Shown: positions 28,251-44,528 of the stretch, in pieces
Numbering within the stretch: the first letter of the stretch is position 1
Layout of the letters: each line of letters begins with the position of its first letter
Assembly (NCBI GenBank): GCA_964016885.1
Contig: OZ024757.1
Span: 5,766,001 to 5,830,000, forward strand
DNA from: Eledone cirrhosa
Lineage: Eukaryota
DNA: 64,000 bases
Direction: 5' to 3'
Translations under genes and position numbers: made by a program
The notes under the pieces: generated by a model
Told to the model about the DNA's origin: nothing
What the model saw: the letters and a program-made list of their open reading frames with translations, nothing else
The model's database searches: none

Positions 28251-29679
28251 TTAAACATGACTAATATTAGCACAGTGTATGCAACTATTGGAAATCTTAT
28301 TGGTCATGCTTTTAATATTTTGGTTGGTTTCTTTTGGCTGGATGCCCTTCCTATTACCAAACTCTTTACAGTGTGGTCAGGGTGCATTATTCATGCAATA
28401 ATCACTAGAGAGATCCTCTTCACCCTGTATGAGTGTTTATTTGGATTGTCTACTCTCCTAGATGGGTTGCCTTCACTACGGCTTACAGGGACCACATCTG
28501 CCCGGACAGTCATTAAACGGGTCACAGATCAGTGAATTTACATTCGTGGTGTAGGAGGATACGTGAGTGTGTGTGAGTAAGCAAATGGCATAAATGTAAG
28601 GTTATATCTGCCAAACAGAAAGGTAAAGGACAGGGGTAGGTGGAAGAGATGTGGTGACAGCTTCTGAGACAGGTAGATAGCTATTGTGATAAATAGCAGA
28701 CAGGTTAGCAATAAATAGATGAAATGTTAAAAAAACTGAGAAATATTGATGGTCTTATCTTTAAGATTTAAATCCTCCATTACCGCAGGAAGATTGGATA
28801 TTTCTATGATTGGGAGAAGGAAAAAGAAACACAGCACACTGCAGGCTGTGTACTGGTTTAATGGGGATGGAGAGACAGCATAAAGCAAGGGTCGAAAGTT
28901 GGATGTCACTTTTTAAAAAAAGCATCATAATGACACAGGTCTATACATAATTGAAAACATATACACAGATATATACATATATGTCATACACTATATATAT
29001 ATATACACATGTATGTATATAAAATGAATAAAAGAACCAGGGATTAATTACAATGTTTAATAGATCTGTGAATGTTTCTTTCAAATACAGAAGAACTTAG
29101 GGCCACACAACTAGCAACACCAGCCCCAGCAGCAGCTAAACCCCACCAATAACAACCAAGACAGAACCAACCCAAGGGGAACATGAGGATATCTCCCCCA
29201 CTCCATCCACAAGCAAATACATATTTAAACCCCCCACAGAAATACACAAATACAAACATTTGAGAGTTACCCAGGGACCTCGTCTTCTCACAGTGAAGAC
29301 AAGGGACAATCCAAAAGAGCACAAAACACAAATGTGCAAACAAAAGAAAAAAAACTCAAACATCACATACTAGGGACTCCCCATTTTCCAAACCTGACCC
29401 TGTCATTACCATTACCAATGGGCTTTACCTGTTTTTGTGGAGAAGTTTTGCTGACTCTTGTCACTGGCCTGAATTGTTAAAGGTAGTCCACAGTTCACCT
29501 CCTGTGTCACACACACTTGGCTTACAAACTTGCCCTGTGGCCTCCCAGATGATATCATATAGGTTGGGGTAGTAGGCTGCAATGAGCTGTTGGCATGAGT
29601 GGTATATCTACCAATACCAACTCACCACCTGCTGGTCAGGCTCTTAGCTAAGTATATTGGGATTTAAGGTGGCCATTTC

Positions 29680-30485
29680 TTACATTTTGTTTCCAAGTTG
29701 TGCCTCCATGTCTGAAATTTATTCTCTAATTCTGTCATAGATTTGGCTAAGAGGGTCAGGTCATTGGCGTATAGAAGTTCCCAAGGGCAACCAGTCTTAA
29801 ATTCCTCTGTTATAGCCTGTAGGACAATAATGAAGAGGATACGGTAAAGGACGGAACACTGTTGAACCCCTACCTGTCAGCTGCATTCCTCCCTGTATTC
29901 ATTGTTGATTTTAACTTTGCTGGTGGCCACTTTGGAAATGGCCTGTACTGCTCTCACAAGCCACTCATCCATGCCTTGTTTTTTGAGGGCCCACCATATT
30001 ATGGGTTGAGGAACTCTGTCAGAAGCTTTCTCCAGGTCAACGAAAGCTAGGTTGAGTGACTTGCTTTTTGCCAACTACTTCTCCTGCATTTGCTTCGCAA
30101 GGAAGAGGGCATCGGTGGTGCTCCTTCCCGGCATAAATCCAAACTGCATTTCATCTAGTTATATACGATCTCTAATCAGTTGTGTGATGACCCTTTCTGT
30201 AACTTTCATGACCTGGTCAGTCAGCTTTATGCCTCTGTAGTTACGTCTCTCTAGGGCATGTCTTTTAACCTTGTAACAGTTGATGATGATGATGCTATTT
30301 CAATCACTGGGAATTATACCATTCTCTATTACTTTGTTCATAAAGAGGGTGGTTAGGTTGGGCCCTACTGCCCAAGATGCTTTCAACATCTCAGCTACGA
30401 CTCCCGATGCTTTATGCGTCTTCATCTCCTTAATTGTCTTACTTACGAGGTTGCTGATTATGTGTATAGTTGGTCCTTCTGTTGG
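29680..30485 (-). mobile_element. Degenerate RTE RT fragment (family B)
   Basis: Minus strand reads VVAEMLKAS..IIPSD; QFGFMPGRSTTDALFL; LAFVDLEKASDRVP; EEFKTGCPWELLYAND. Confidence 0.9.
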
Positions 30486-30569
30486 CTGTGCTTGGGGCAT
30501 CATCATCATCGTTTAACGTCCATTTTCATGGCTAGCATCAGTAAATAAAATATCTATATATATTTATAA

Positions 30570-30682
30570 ATAATTGTTTCTACTTTTGGCACAATGCCAG
30601 CAATTATCCCAGTGTATTACTGGTACTTTATTTTATCGACCCTGTAAGGCAAAGTTAACCTCGGAGGGATTTGAACTCAGAC
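30570..30682 (-). mobile_element. tRNA-SINE 3' fragment
   Basis: aattgtttctacttttggcac...tactggtactttattttatcgacc...ggatttgaactcag. Confidence 0.8.
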
Positions 30683-31231
30683 TGCATATATTTATATATA
30701 ATGAACTTGTGTAGATGTATGTCTGTGGGAGTGTAGATGTGTATGTGTGTGCACTTGTATTTATATGTGTGTGAGTGTTTTTGTTGTCCATGTTTGTCTG
30801 CGTTTTTATTGATATGACTCAGTGAAAGGAAATTTCTAAACATTTCAATGAATACAATCTAAACATTTTGCCTAATATATACAAATATGTAGTCATGTGT
30901 ATGTATATACATATATATATATATTTATTATATATATACATACATACATATGTGTATGTATATATATATATATATATACACACGTTTCAGATAGAAATAT
31001 ATGTAGGTGTGTATAATACAGGAGAAAAAAACAAGTTTCTTTGTAATATACGTATGACCTCATATCTTTTCAAATTACTGTAACTTATGCAAAATTACAA
31101 ACATAATATGGATTTCAACGAAATTTGTGCAATGAAAGAATTAATAAAATTCAGTTTATCAGAGCGTGATGAAATTATATTTGGAACATGTAAACAAGAT
31201 CAGGAAAATGTCTCAAATATAATATATATGC

Positions 31232-31296
<65 letters not shown>

Positions 31297-31316
31297 TATA
31301 TATATGTATATACGTG

Positions 31317-31350
<34 letters not shown>

Positions 31351-31454
31351 TATATATATGTATATACGTGTATATATATATATATATATATACACACGGA
31401 TATATATATGTATATATGTGTATATATATATATATATGTGTATATATATATATG

Positions 31455-31496
<42 letters not shown>

Positions 31497-31499
31497 CGT

Positions 31500-31539
<40 letters not shown>

Positions 31540-31540
31540 G

Positions 31541-31649
<109 letters not shown>

Positions 31650-31650
31650 G

Positions 31651-31694
<44 letters not shown>

Positions 31695-31695
31695 C

Positions 31696-31765
<70 letters not shown>

Positions 31766-31848
31766 GTGTATATATATATATATATACGTGTATATATATA
31801 TACGGGTATATATTTATATATATACGTGTGTATATATATATACGTGTT

Positions 31849-31902
<54 letters not shown>

Positions 31903-31937
31903 TATACATATATATACATATATATTTATATATATAC

Positions 31938-31968
<31 letters not shown>

Positions 31969-31999
31969 CATATATATACATATATATTTATATATATAC

Positions 32000-32031
<32 letters not shown>

Positions 32032-32042
32032 TTATATACATA

Positions 32043-32097
<55 letters not shown>

Positions 32098-32113
32098 TCA
32101 TATATATATATTC

Positions 32114-32147
<34 letters not shown>

Positions 32148-32170
32148 TCATATATATATATATATTCATA

Positions 32171-32209
<39 letters not shown>

Positions 32210-32212
32210 GAA

Positions 32213-32247
<35 letters not shown>

Positions 32248-32270
32248 TCATATATATATATATATTCATA

Positions 32271-32302
<32 letters not shown>

Positions 32303-32306
32303 CATA

Positions 32307-32354
<48 letters not shown>

Positions 32355-32392
32355 TATATATATACGTGTATATGTATATATATATATGCATG

Positions 32393-32463
<71 letters not shown>

Positions 32464-32479
32464 GTATATATATATATTA

Positions 32480-33076
32480 TGTCAGGTCACCAGTTGGTGC
32501 TACTGGTAACATGTATCCCAGTACAACCTGTCCCATGGTCGGGTCATTGGCGACTAAACTGGCAACCCCACCAAGGTTTCTTGGTGAGGAGGGTGACTTT
32601 GGACATCCTGCAGGACTAAAAACAAAACCTGTCAAAGGGCAAATAGCTATTAAAAGTCAATGGCCATCCAAAATCACTGGGAGAGATGACCCCTTAGCCC
32701 TTGTCAAGGCAGAATTCTAGGAGAAGGAAAACTCTGATATAACACCTGTAACCCTGATGGTATCCAATGATGTTGACTTGTTCTTCTTTTTGGTAAATAT
32801 CATCTTGGTTAAGAGAGTGGGACTGGCTCTGTGCAGTGCCTTTGCTCACTATAAAAGCTTCACGGCACAGGCATTGCTTTTATCTGGAGATCTCTCTGCA
32901 CTTGTCGTCACATGGTACCATGGGCCCAGCACTATGTGTCAATAATTGTCACAAGTGTAGTGTTTGTACCAGAGTTTTCAAGTCGCTGGCTGGACTAAAA
33001 AGTCACATTCGGTAGGGGTTCTCCTACATGGATATAAAGTAGTGGCCGTACTCGAAAACGAGTTGGCAGCCACCAT
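32480..33076. repeat. ~600-bp unclassified repeat (further copies at 39903-40498 and, partial, 44555-45021)
   Basis: Near-identical copies bounded by TA/TG runs. No recognisable ORF. May be a LINE 5' UTR. Confidence 0.75.
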
Positions 33077-33586
33077 GTATGTGTATATTTGTGTATATTA
33101 CATATATATATATATGTGTGTGGGTTTTAGCCTCTGTGTATGTGTGTGTGTATATTACATATATATATATATATATATGGGTTTTAGCCTGTGTATTGTG
33201 TATGTTACATATATATGTGTGTGTGTGTGTGTGTGTTTCAGTCTGTGTGTATTGTGTATATTACATATATATGTGTGTATGTTTCAGCCTCTCTCTGTAT
33301 TGTGTGTGTGTGTGTGTCTGTATGTGTGTGTGTGTGTGTGTGTGTGTATATAGTAACCACACATACAATGTACATATGTGTTTATCGTAATGTGTAAACT
33401 AGCTTGCGTGTACTTAAATAAACCCTCAGTTACATACACACATCAGTCGTTTGTATATGTATGTGTATATACACATATATATATATATATATATGTGTGT
33501 ATGTAAACATTTATACTTTTAATACATGAACATTTTACGCACTATTTATACATACCGATACAAAACTTTTAACACACACATACACA

Positions 33587-33634
<48 letters not shown>

Positions 33635-33645
33635 TATATATATAC

Positions 33646-33668
<23 letters not shown>

Positions 33669-33676
<8 letters not shown>

Positions 33677-33846
33677 ATTTTATAGAAGGAGCTTCTACAG
33701 GACTAGTACTGTTTCATTCAGATTTCATCTGAATGAAACAGTACTAGTCCTGTAGAAGCTCCTTCTATAAAATAAAAAAATTTTACTCTGCCATGTATTG
33801 AGTACCTTACTTACTGTGGTTATCCCCGACTCAACCCGGGACCTAC
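33669..33846 (+). mobile_element. Fold-back hammerhead-family insert (perfect ~55-bp arms, centre about 33725)
   Basis: Palindrome 33669-33781 whose apex is a stem II-like attcagat-ttc-atctgaat followed by GAAA-cagtactag-TC. Bulged hairpin at 33784-33804. Absent from the duplicate unit near 41000. Confidence 0.8.
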
Positions 33847-33884
<38 letters not shown>

Positions 33885-33898
33885 TATATATATATATA

Positions 33899-33946
<48 letters not shown>

Positions 33947-33966
33947 TATATATATATATATATATA

Positions 33967-34393
<427 letters not shown>

Positions 34394-34394
34394 T

Positions 34395-34483
<89 letters not shown>

Positions 34484-34497
34484 TATATATATATATA

Positions 34498-34566
<69 letters not shown>

Positions 34567-34931
34567 AGAATCTCCCTCTCATTTATATACCCTGACATAC
34601 TATTTGTATACTACTACCACCACTACTACTACTACTACTACATGACCTGGGGGCTACATAACTTTACACACACAACTGTCTGATACATATACAGTATAAT
34701 GGTGTATATATATATATTATATATATATATATTATATATATATATATTATATATATATATATATATTGGTTTATGTATATATATATACTTACATAAATAT
34801 TTATAGAGAAAATGACAGAAAATAGTAACCCTTAAAATACTACAATCTAGTGATAGTAGTAGTAATAGCAGTAGTAGTGGTAGTGGTGGTGGTAGTAGTA
34901 GTAGAAGTAGTAGTGTTGGTTGTAGTGGTGA

Positions 34932-35000
<69 letters not shown>

Positions 35001-35090
35001 AAATAGTAGTGTTGATGGTGGCAATAGTAGTAGTAGTAGTAGTAGTAGTAGTAGGTGTAGTAAAAGTAGTGTTGGTAGTAGTAGTGGTGA

Positions 35091-35126
<36 letters not shown>

Positions 35127-35184
35127 AAGTAGTATTGTTGGTTGTAATAGTAGTAGTGTTGGTAGTAGTAGTATCAATAATAGT

Positions 35185-37065
35185 AGTAGCAGTAGCAGTA
35201 ACCCCTTAACATGTTGTTGCCATAGTAATAGTAATACTATAGTAGTTGTAGTAGTAGCAGTAGCAGTAACCCCTTAACATGTTGTTGCCATAGTAATAGT
35301 AATACTATAGTAGTTGTAGTAGTAGCAGTAGCAGTAACCCCTTAACACGTTGTTGCCATAGTAATAGTAATACTATAGTAGTAGTAGTAGTAGTAGCAGT
35401 AACCCCTTAACACGTTGTTGCCATAGTAATAGTAATACTATAGTAGTTGTAGTAGTAGCAGTAGCAGTAACCCCTTAACACGTTGTTGCCATAGTAATAG
35501 TAATACTATAGTAGTTGTAGTAGTAGCAGTAGCAGTAACCCCTTAACACGTTGTTGCCATAGTAATAGTAATACTATAGTAGTTGTAGTAGTAGCAGTAG
35601 CAGTAACCCGTTAACACGTTGTTGCCATAGTAATAGTAATACTATAGTAGTTGTAGTAGTAGCAGTAGCAGTAACCCCTTAACACGTTGTTGCCATAGTA
35701 ATAGTAATACTATAGTAGTTGTAGTAGTAGCAGTAGCAGTAACCCCTTAACACGTTGTTGCCATAGTAATAGTAATACTATAGTAGTTGTAGTAGTAGCA
35801 GTAGCAGTAACCCCTTAACACGTTGTTGCCATAGCAATAGTAATACTATAGTAGTTGTAGTAGTAGCAGTAGCAGTAACCCCTTAACACGTTGTTGCCAT
35901 AGTAATAGTAATACTATAGTAGTTGTAGTAGTAGCAGTAGCAGTAACCCCTTAACACGTTGTTGCCATAGTAATAGTAATACTATAGTAGTTGTAGTAGT
36001 AGCAGTAGCAGTAACCCCTTAACACGTTGTTGCCATAGTAATAGTAATACTATAGTAGTTGTAGTAGTAGCAGTAGCAGTAACCCCTTAACACGTTGTTG
36101 CCATAGTAATAGTAATACTATAGTAGTTGTAGTAGTAGCAGTAGCAGTAACCCCTTAACACGTTGTTGCCATAGTAATAGTAATACTATAGTAGTTGTAG
36201 TAGTAGCAGTAGCAGTAACCCCTTAACACGTTGTTGCCATAGTAATAGTAATACTATAGTAGTTGTAGTAGTAGCAGTAACCCCTTAACACGTTGTTGCC
36301 ATAGTAATAGTAATACTATAGTAGTTGTAGTAGTAGCAGTAGCAGTAACCCCTTAACACGTTGTTGCCATAGTAATAGTAATACTATAGTAGTTGTAGTA
36401 GTAGCAGTAGCAGTAACCCCTTAACACGTTGTTGCCATAGTAATAGTAATACTATAGTAGTAGTAGCAGTAGCAGTAACAGTAACCCTTAACACGTTGTT
36501 GCCATAGCAATAGTAATACTATAGTAGTTGTAGTAGTAGCAGTAGCAGTAACCCCTTAACACGTTGTTGCCATAGTAATAGTAATACTATAGTAGTTGTA
36601 GTAGTAGCAGTAGCAGTAACCCCTTAACACGTTGTTGCCATAGTAATAGTAATACTATAGTAGTTGTAGCAGTAGCAGTAACCCCTTAACACGTTGTTGC
36701 CATAGTAATAGTAATACTATAGTAGTTGTAGTAGTAGCAGTAGCAGTAACCCCTTAACACGTTGTTGCCATAGTAATAGTAATACTATAGTAGTTGTAGT
36801 AGTAGCAGTAGCAGTAACCCCTTAACACGTTGTTGCCATAGTAATAGTAATACTATAGTAGTTGTAGTAGTAGCAGTAGCAGTAACCCGTTAACACGTTG
36901 TTGCCATAGTAATAGTAATACTATAGTAGTTGTAGTAGTAGCAGTAGCAGTAACCCCTTAACACGTTGTTGCCATAGTAATAGTAATACTATAGTAGTAG
37001 TAGTAGTAGCAGTAACCCCTTAACACGTTGTTGCCATAGTAATAGTAATACTATAGTAGTTGTAG
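35185..37065. repeat. 68-bp satellite, about 27 copies
   Basis: Unit cccttaacacgttgttgccatagtaatagtaatactatagtagttgtagtagtagcagtagcagtaac, embedded in (GTA)n. Confidence 0.97.
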
Positions 37066-37209
37066 TAGTAGTTGTAGTAGTAAGAGAACAAAAGGTTTGT
37101 TGTACAAACTTTTGTTCCATTTTTCTGTTGTTGTTGTTGTTGTTGTTTACAGTGACGGGGGGGAGGAGCTAAAAACAACAACATTATCTCTGTTGTTAGT
37201 AATATAATT

Positions 37210-37391
37210 GTTTCTACTTTAGGCACAAGGCCAGCAATTTTCCAGTGCATTACTGGTACTTTATTTTATCGACCCCGTAAGGATGAAAGGCAAAGTCAAC
37301 CTCGGCGGGATTTGAACTCAGATCGTAAAGGGACGTAACTATGCTGGAAAGCATGGCGTCCGACCCTCTACCGATACTGCCAATCCACCGC
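37210..37391 (-). mobile_element. Full-length tRNA-derived SINE with a 15-bp TSD (duplicate at about 42521-42702)
   Basis: A box tggcagtatcgg, B box gagttcaaatcc, conserved core. TSD gttagtaatataatt at 37195-37209 and 37392-37406. Confidence 0.92.
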
Positions 37392-37491
37392 GTTAGTAAT
37401 ATAATTATAATTATTTCTACCAGGCAGAAGGCCAAATATAGTTTACGATGTGGAGACGATAGGGGGAAGGGGGGGGGGGGACTCAGTCTAG

Positions 37492-37525
<34 letters not shown>

Positions 37526-39135
37526 GCTATTACTAACTACTATTACAACTATAATTACTACTACTATTACTACAACTACTATTACAACTATAATTACTAC
37601 AACAACTACTACTACTACTACTATTACAACTATAATTACTACTACTATTACTACAACTGCTATTACAACTATAATTACTACAACAACTACTACTACTACT
37701 GCTATTACTAACTACTATTACAACTATAATTACGACAACTACTACTACCACCACCAATATTGACGCTACGATGAAAGTCCAAATTAAACCGACCCCAATA
37801 GTAGACTGGTAGTTCATTTAATCCCACCGCTAGAAGTTTAAAAGTTGATCTGGGGACGTAAAGAGATTTTGCACGAATACCACAAGACACTTTCTGTTCG
37901 AAACTCTACCGATTCTGCCAACCCATTCTATTTTCTAACATAAGCATAAGGCAGGCCGCACATTTTAGAGGGACGGGTCGGGGTATACTGTGGTTTTTAA
38001 ACAAGATTCCCTCAGTATTTAACTGGTATCTGCTTTTTAAAGTTTGTATTTGACCAGAAGAGCTATTTCGATAAGGATAATAATTATACTACTACTACTA
38101 CTACTTCTACTACTACTACTAATGGTTTCTGATTTAGAGACAAGGCCAACAATTTTGATTAAATCAACCCAGTGCGTTACTGGTACTTTAGTTTATCGAC
38201 CCAGTAAAGATGAAAGGCAAAGTTTTGAACCCAAAACGTAAAGAACCGTTGATGATTTTCTACTTAAGACACAAGACCAGTAATTTGGGGAGAGGTGAAA
38301 GTCGATTAAATCGACACCAGTGCTTTATAAAAGTACTACTACTACTAATACTAGTTAATAGTTGTAAAAGTTTGTTTGTTTTTAACTTAGAGGCACAAGA
38401 CCACAAGTTCTTAAAGTTAGGATGGTCTGTTTTAGTTGGTTTTAAGTACCCCCTGACCAAGGCCACACTGTGGTGACATGAAGGGTGGGGTTGGCATATG
38501 AAACGTCTATTTATTAGTACCTGATTGGTACTTTTCTTTCCTTTATAGATCGACCCGGCGGGATCTGAACTAAGAACGTTGTGTCCATGACTAAATAAAG
38601 ACAAGTATATTGTCTGACGGGCGCTCTACCAGTTATGCCCCAATATTTCTGATATATATCTTTATCACAAGGACGTTGAATATGGACATCATACAAAAGA
38701 AAAATATAAAAAATTAAAAATAAATAACAAAATGTGAGGGAGCGAGAGTGGGGGGTGGGTGGTATATAGAAATCTTGTAGGGGAGGGGGGCACTAAAAAT
38801 AATCGATTCGAAGGATCAATTGATTAGATCAATCCTGGAAGTATGAAAGACAAAAGTTGATTTCACCGGTATTTGAACTGAAAAACGTAACGAGACAAAC
38901 AGAACAAACACTACAAGTTATTTTGTCCGACGCTCTAACGATTCTAATGATATATAATGACACAGACACAACACTTTGTAAGGGTCAATTTAATATATAT
39001 ATATAATTAAGTTTGTATGTACATATGTGTATATATATATATATATATGTAAATATAATTGAGTTTATATGTACATATGTGTATATATATATATACATAT
39101 GGGTATATATATATACATATAAATATACACATGGG

Positions 39136-39184
<49 letters not shown>

Positions 39185-39187
39185 GTA

Positions 39188-39249
<62 letters not shown>

Positions 39250-39250
39250 A

Positions 39251-39299
<49 letters not shown>

Positions 39300-39354
39300 A
39301 TTATATGTATATATAATTATATGTATATATATATATATATATATGTATATATAA

Positions 39355-39411
<57 letters not shown>

Positions 39412-39428
39412 ATTATATGTATATATAA

Positions 39429-39475
<47 letters not shown>

Positions 39476-39514
39476 ATTATATGTATATATATATATATAT
39501 ATATGTATATATAA

Positions 39515-39559
<45 letters not shown>

Positions 39560-39567
39560 ATTATATG

Positions 39568-39599
<32 letters not shown>

Positions 39600-39658
39600 A
39601 TTATATGTATATATATATATATATATACATATATATACATATATATTTATATATATAC

Positions 39659-39717
<59 letters not shown>

Positions 39718-39727
39718 TATATACGTG

Positions 39728-39762
<35 letters not shown>

Positions 39763-39824
39763 GCATGTATATATATATGTATGTATATGTATGTATATAT
39801 ATATATATGTATATATATGTATGT

Positions 39825-39865
<41 letters not shown>

Positions 39866-40622
39866 TATATGTATGTATATATATACGTATATATATATAT
39901 TATGTCAGGTCACCAGTTGGTGCTACTGGTAACATGTATCCCAGTACAACCTGTCTCATGGTCGGGTCGTTGGCGACTAAACTGGCAACCCCACCAAGGA
40001 TTCTTGGTGAGGAGGGTGACTTTGGACATCCTGCAGGACTAAAAACAAAACCTGTCAAAGGGCAAATAGCTCTTAAAAGTCAATGGCCATCCAAAATCAC
40101 CGGGAGAGATGACCCCTTAGCCCTTGTCAAGGCAGAATTCTAGGAGAAGGAAAACTCTGATATAACACCTGCAACCCTGATGGTATCCAATGATGTTGAC
40201 TTGTTCTTCTTTTTGGTAAATATCATCTTGGTTAAGAGAGTGGGACTGGCTTTGTGCAGTGCCTTTGCTCACTATAAAAGCTTCACGGCACAGGCATTGC
40301 TTTTATCTGGAGATCTCTCTGCACTTGTCGTCACATGGTACCATGGGCCCAGCACTATGTGTCAATAATTGTCACAAGTGTAGTGTTTGTACCAGAGTTT
40401 TCAAGTCGCTGGCTGGACTAAAAAGTCACATTCGGTAGGGGTTCTCCTACATGGATATAAAGTAGTGGCCGTACTCGAAAACGAGTTGGCAGCCACCATG
40501 TATGTGTATATTTGTGTATATTACATATATATATATATGTGTGTGGGTTTTAGCCTCTGTGTATGTGTGTGTGTATTGTGTATATTACATATATATGTGT
40601 GTATGTTTCAGCCTCTCTCTGT

Positions 40623-40675
<53 letters not shown>

Positions 40676-40999
40676 ATATAGTTACCATACATACAATGTA
40701 CACATCTGTTTATCGTAATGTGTAAACTAGCTTGCGTGTACTTAAATAAACCCTCAGTTACATACACACATCAGTCGTTTGTATATGTATGTGTATATAC
40801 ACATGTATATATATATATATATGTGTGTATGTAAACATTTATACTTTTAATACATGAACATTTTACGCACTATTTATACATACCGATACAAAACTTTTAA
40901 CACACACATACACACTATATATATATATACACTATATATATATATATATATATATATACACTATATATATATATACACTATATATATATATATATACAC

Positions 41000-41035
<36 letters not shown>

Positions 41036-41449
41036 GAATCTCTCTCTCATTTATATACCCTGACATACTATTTGTATACTACTACCACCACTACTACTAC
41101 TACTACTACTACATGACCTGGGGGCTACATAACTTTACACACACAACTGTCTGATACATATACAGTATAATGGTGTATATATATATATTATATATATATA
41201 TATTATATATATATATATATATTGGTTTATGTATATATATATACTTACATAAATATTTATAGAGAAAATGACAGAAAATAGTAACCCTTAAAATACTACA
41301 ATCTAGTGATAGTAGTAGTAATAGCAGTAGTAGTAGTAGTGGTGGTTGTAGTAGTAGAAATAGTAGTGTTGATGGTGGTAATAGTAGTAGTAGTAGTAGT
41401 AGTAGGTGTAGTAAAGTAGTGTTGGTAGTAGTAGTATCAATAATAGTAG

Positions 41450-42385
41450 TAGCAGTAGCAGTAACCTCTTAACATGTTGTTGCCATAGTAATAGTAATAC
41501 TATAGTAGTTGTAGTAGTAGCAGTAGCAGTAACCCCTTAACACGTTGTTGCCATAGTAATAGTAATACTATAGTAGTTGTAGTAGTAGCAGTAGCAGTAA
41601 CCCCTTAACACGTTGTTGCCATAGTAATAGTAATACTATAGTAGTTGTAGTAGTAGCAGTAGCAGTAACCCCTTAACACGTTGTTGCCATAGCAATAGTA
41701 ATACTATAGTAGTTGTAGTAGTAGCAGTAGCAGTAACCCCTTAACACGTTGTTGCCATAGTAATAGTAATACTATAGTAGTTGTAGTAGTAGCAGTAGCA
41801 GTAACCCCTTAACACGTTGTTGCCATAGTAATAGTAATACTATAGTAGTTGTAGTAGTAGCAGTAGCAGTAACCCCTTAACACGTTGTTGCCATAGCAAT
41901 AGTAATACTATAGTAGTTGTAGTAGTAGCAGTAGCAGTAACCCCTTAACACGTTGTTGCCATAGTAATAGTAATACTATAGTAGTTGTAGTAGTAGCAGT
42001 AGCAGTAACCCCTTAACACGTTGTTGCCATAGTAATAGTAATACTATAGTAGTTGTAGTAGTAGCAGTAGCAGTAACCCCTTAACACGTTGTTGCCATAG
42101 CAATAGTAATACTATAGTAGTTGTAGTAGTAGCAGTAGCAGTAACCCCTTAACACGTTGTTGCCATAGTAATAGTAATACTATAGTAGTTGTAGTAGTAG
42201 CAGTAACCCCTTAACACGTTGTTGCCATAGCAATAGTAATACTATAGTAGTTGTAGTAGTAGCAGTAGCAGTAACCCCTTAACACGTTGTTGCCATAGTA
42301 ATAGTAATACTATAGTAGTAGTAGCAGTAGCAGTAACCCCTTAACACGTTGTTGCCATAGTAATAGTAATACTATAGTAGTTGTA
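41450..42385. repeat. 68-bp satellite, about 14 copies (duplicate unit)
   Basis: Same unit as 35185-37065. Confidence 0.97.
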
Positions 42386-42796
42386 GTAGTAAGAGAACAA
42401 AAGGTTTGTTGTACAAACTTTTGTTCCATTTTTCTGTTGTTGTTGTTGTTGTTGTTGTTTACAGTGACGGGGGGGGGGGCTAAAAACAACAACATTATCT
42501 CTGTTGTTAGTAATATAATTGTTTCTACTTTAGGCACAAGGCCAGCAATTTTACAGTGCATTACTGGTACTTTATTTTATCGACCCCGTAAGGATGAAAG
42601 GCAAAGTCAACCTCGGCGGGATTTGAACTCAGATCGTAAAGGGACGTAACTATGCTGGAAAGCATGGCGTCCGACCCTCTACCGATACTGCCAATCCACC
42701 GCGTTAGTAATATAATTATAATTATTTCTACCAGGCAGAAGGCCAAATATAGTTTACGATGTGGAGACGATAGGGGGAAAGGGGGGGGGACTCAGT

Positions 42797-42843
<47 letters not shown>

Positions 42844-44405
42844 GCTATTACTAACTACTATTACAACTATAATTACTACTACTATTACTACAACTACTAT
42901 TACAACTATAATTACTACAACAACTACTACTACTACTGCTATTACTAACTACTATTACAACTATAATTACGACAACTACTACTACCACCACCAATATTGA
43001 CCCTACAATGAAAGACCAAATTAAACCGACCCCAATAGTAGACTGGTAGTTCATTTAATCCCACCGCTAGAAGTTTAAAAGTTGATCTGGGCACGTAAAG
43101 AGATTTTGCACGAATACCACAAGACACTTTCTGTTCGAAACTCTACCGATTCTGCCAACCCATTCTATTTTCTAACATAAGCATAAGGCAGGCCGCACAT
43201 TTTAGAGGGACGGGTCGTGGTATACTGTGGTTTTTAAACAAGATTCCCTCAGTATTTAACTGGTATCTGCTTTTTAAAGTTTGTATTTGACCAGAAGAGC
43301 TATTTCGATAAGGATAATAATTATACTACTACTACTACTACTACTTCTACTACTACTACTAATGGTTTCTGATTTAGAGACAAGGCCAACAATTTTGATT
43401 AAATCAACCCAGTGCGTTACTGGTACTTTAGTTTATCGACCCAGTAAAGATGAAAGGCAAAGTTTTGAACCCAAAACGTAAAGAACCGTTGATGATTTTC
43501 TACTTAAGACACAAGACCAGTAATTTGGGGAGAGGTGAAAGTCGATTAAATCGACACCAGTGCTTTATAAAAGTACTACTACTACTAATACTAGTTAATA
43601 GTTGTAAAAGTTTGTTTGTTTTTAACTTAGAGGCACAAGACCACAAGTTCTTAAAGTTAGGATGGTCTGTTTTAGTTGGTTTTAAGTACCCCCTGACCAA
43701 GGCCACACTGTGGTGACATGAAGGGTGGGGTTGGCATATGAAACGTCTATTTATTAGTACCTGATTGGTACTTTTCTTTCCTTTATAGATCGACCCGGCG
43801 GGATCTGAACTAAGAACGTTGTGTCCATGACTAAATAAAGACAAGTATATTGTCTGACGGGCGCTCTACCAGTTATGCCCCAATATTTCTGATATATATC
43901 TTTATCACAAGGACGTTGAATATGGACATCATACAAAAGAAAAATATAAAAAATTAAAAATAAATAACAAAATGTGAGGGAGCGAGAGTGTGTGTGTGTG
44001 TGTGTGTGGGGGGGGGTTATATAGAAATCTTGTAGGGGAGGGGGGCACTAAAAATAATCGATTCGAAGGATCAATTGATTAGATCAATCCTGGAAGTATG
44101 AAAGACAAAAGTTGATTTCACCGGTATTTGAACTGAAAAACGTAACGAGACAAACAGAACAAACACTACAAGTTATTTTGTCCGACGCTCTAACGATTCT
44201 AATGATATATAATGACACAGACACAGCACTTTGTAAGGGTCGATTTAATATATATATATATAATTAAGTTTGTATGTACATATGTGTATATATATATATG
44301 TATACATATATATATATAATGTAAATATAATTGAGTTTATATGTACATATGTGTATATATATATATACATATGGGTATATATATATACAATTATATGTAT
44401 ATATA

Positions 44406-44448
<43 letters not shown>

Positions 44449-44465
44449 GTATATATATATATGTA

Positions 44466-44528
<63 letters not shown>

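Noticed and set aside
28727-28830. Possible minus-strand exon after a polypyrimidine tract
   Set aside because: No convincing donor, and the frame ends in a stop with no recognisable homology.
35185-37065. 68-bp array (and the 80-bp and 21-bp arrays) as CRISPR arrays
   Set aside because: Units are wholly repeated with no unique spacers, there are no cas genes, and the context is eukaryotic.
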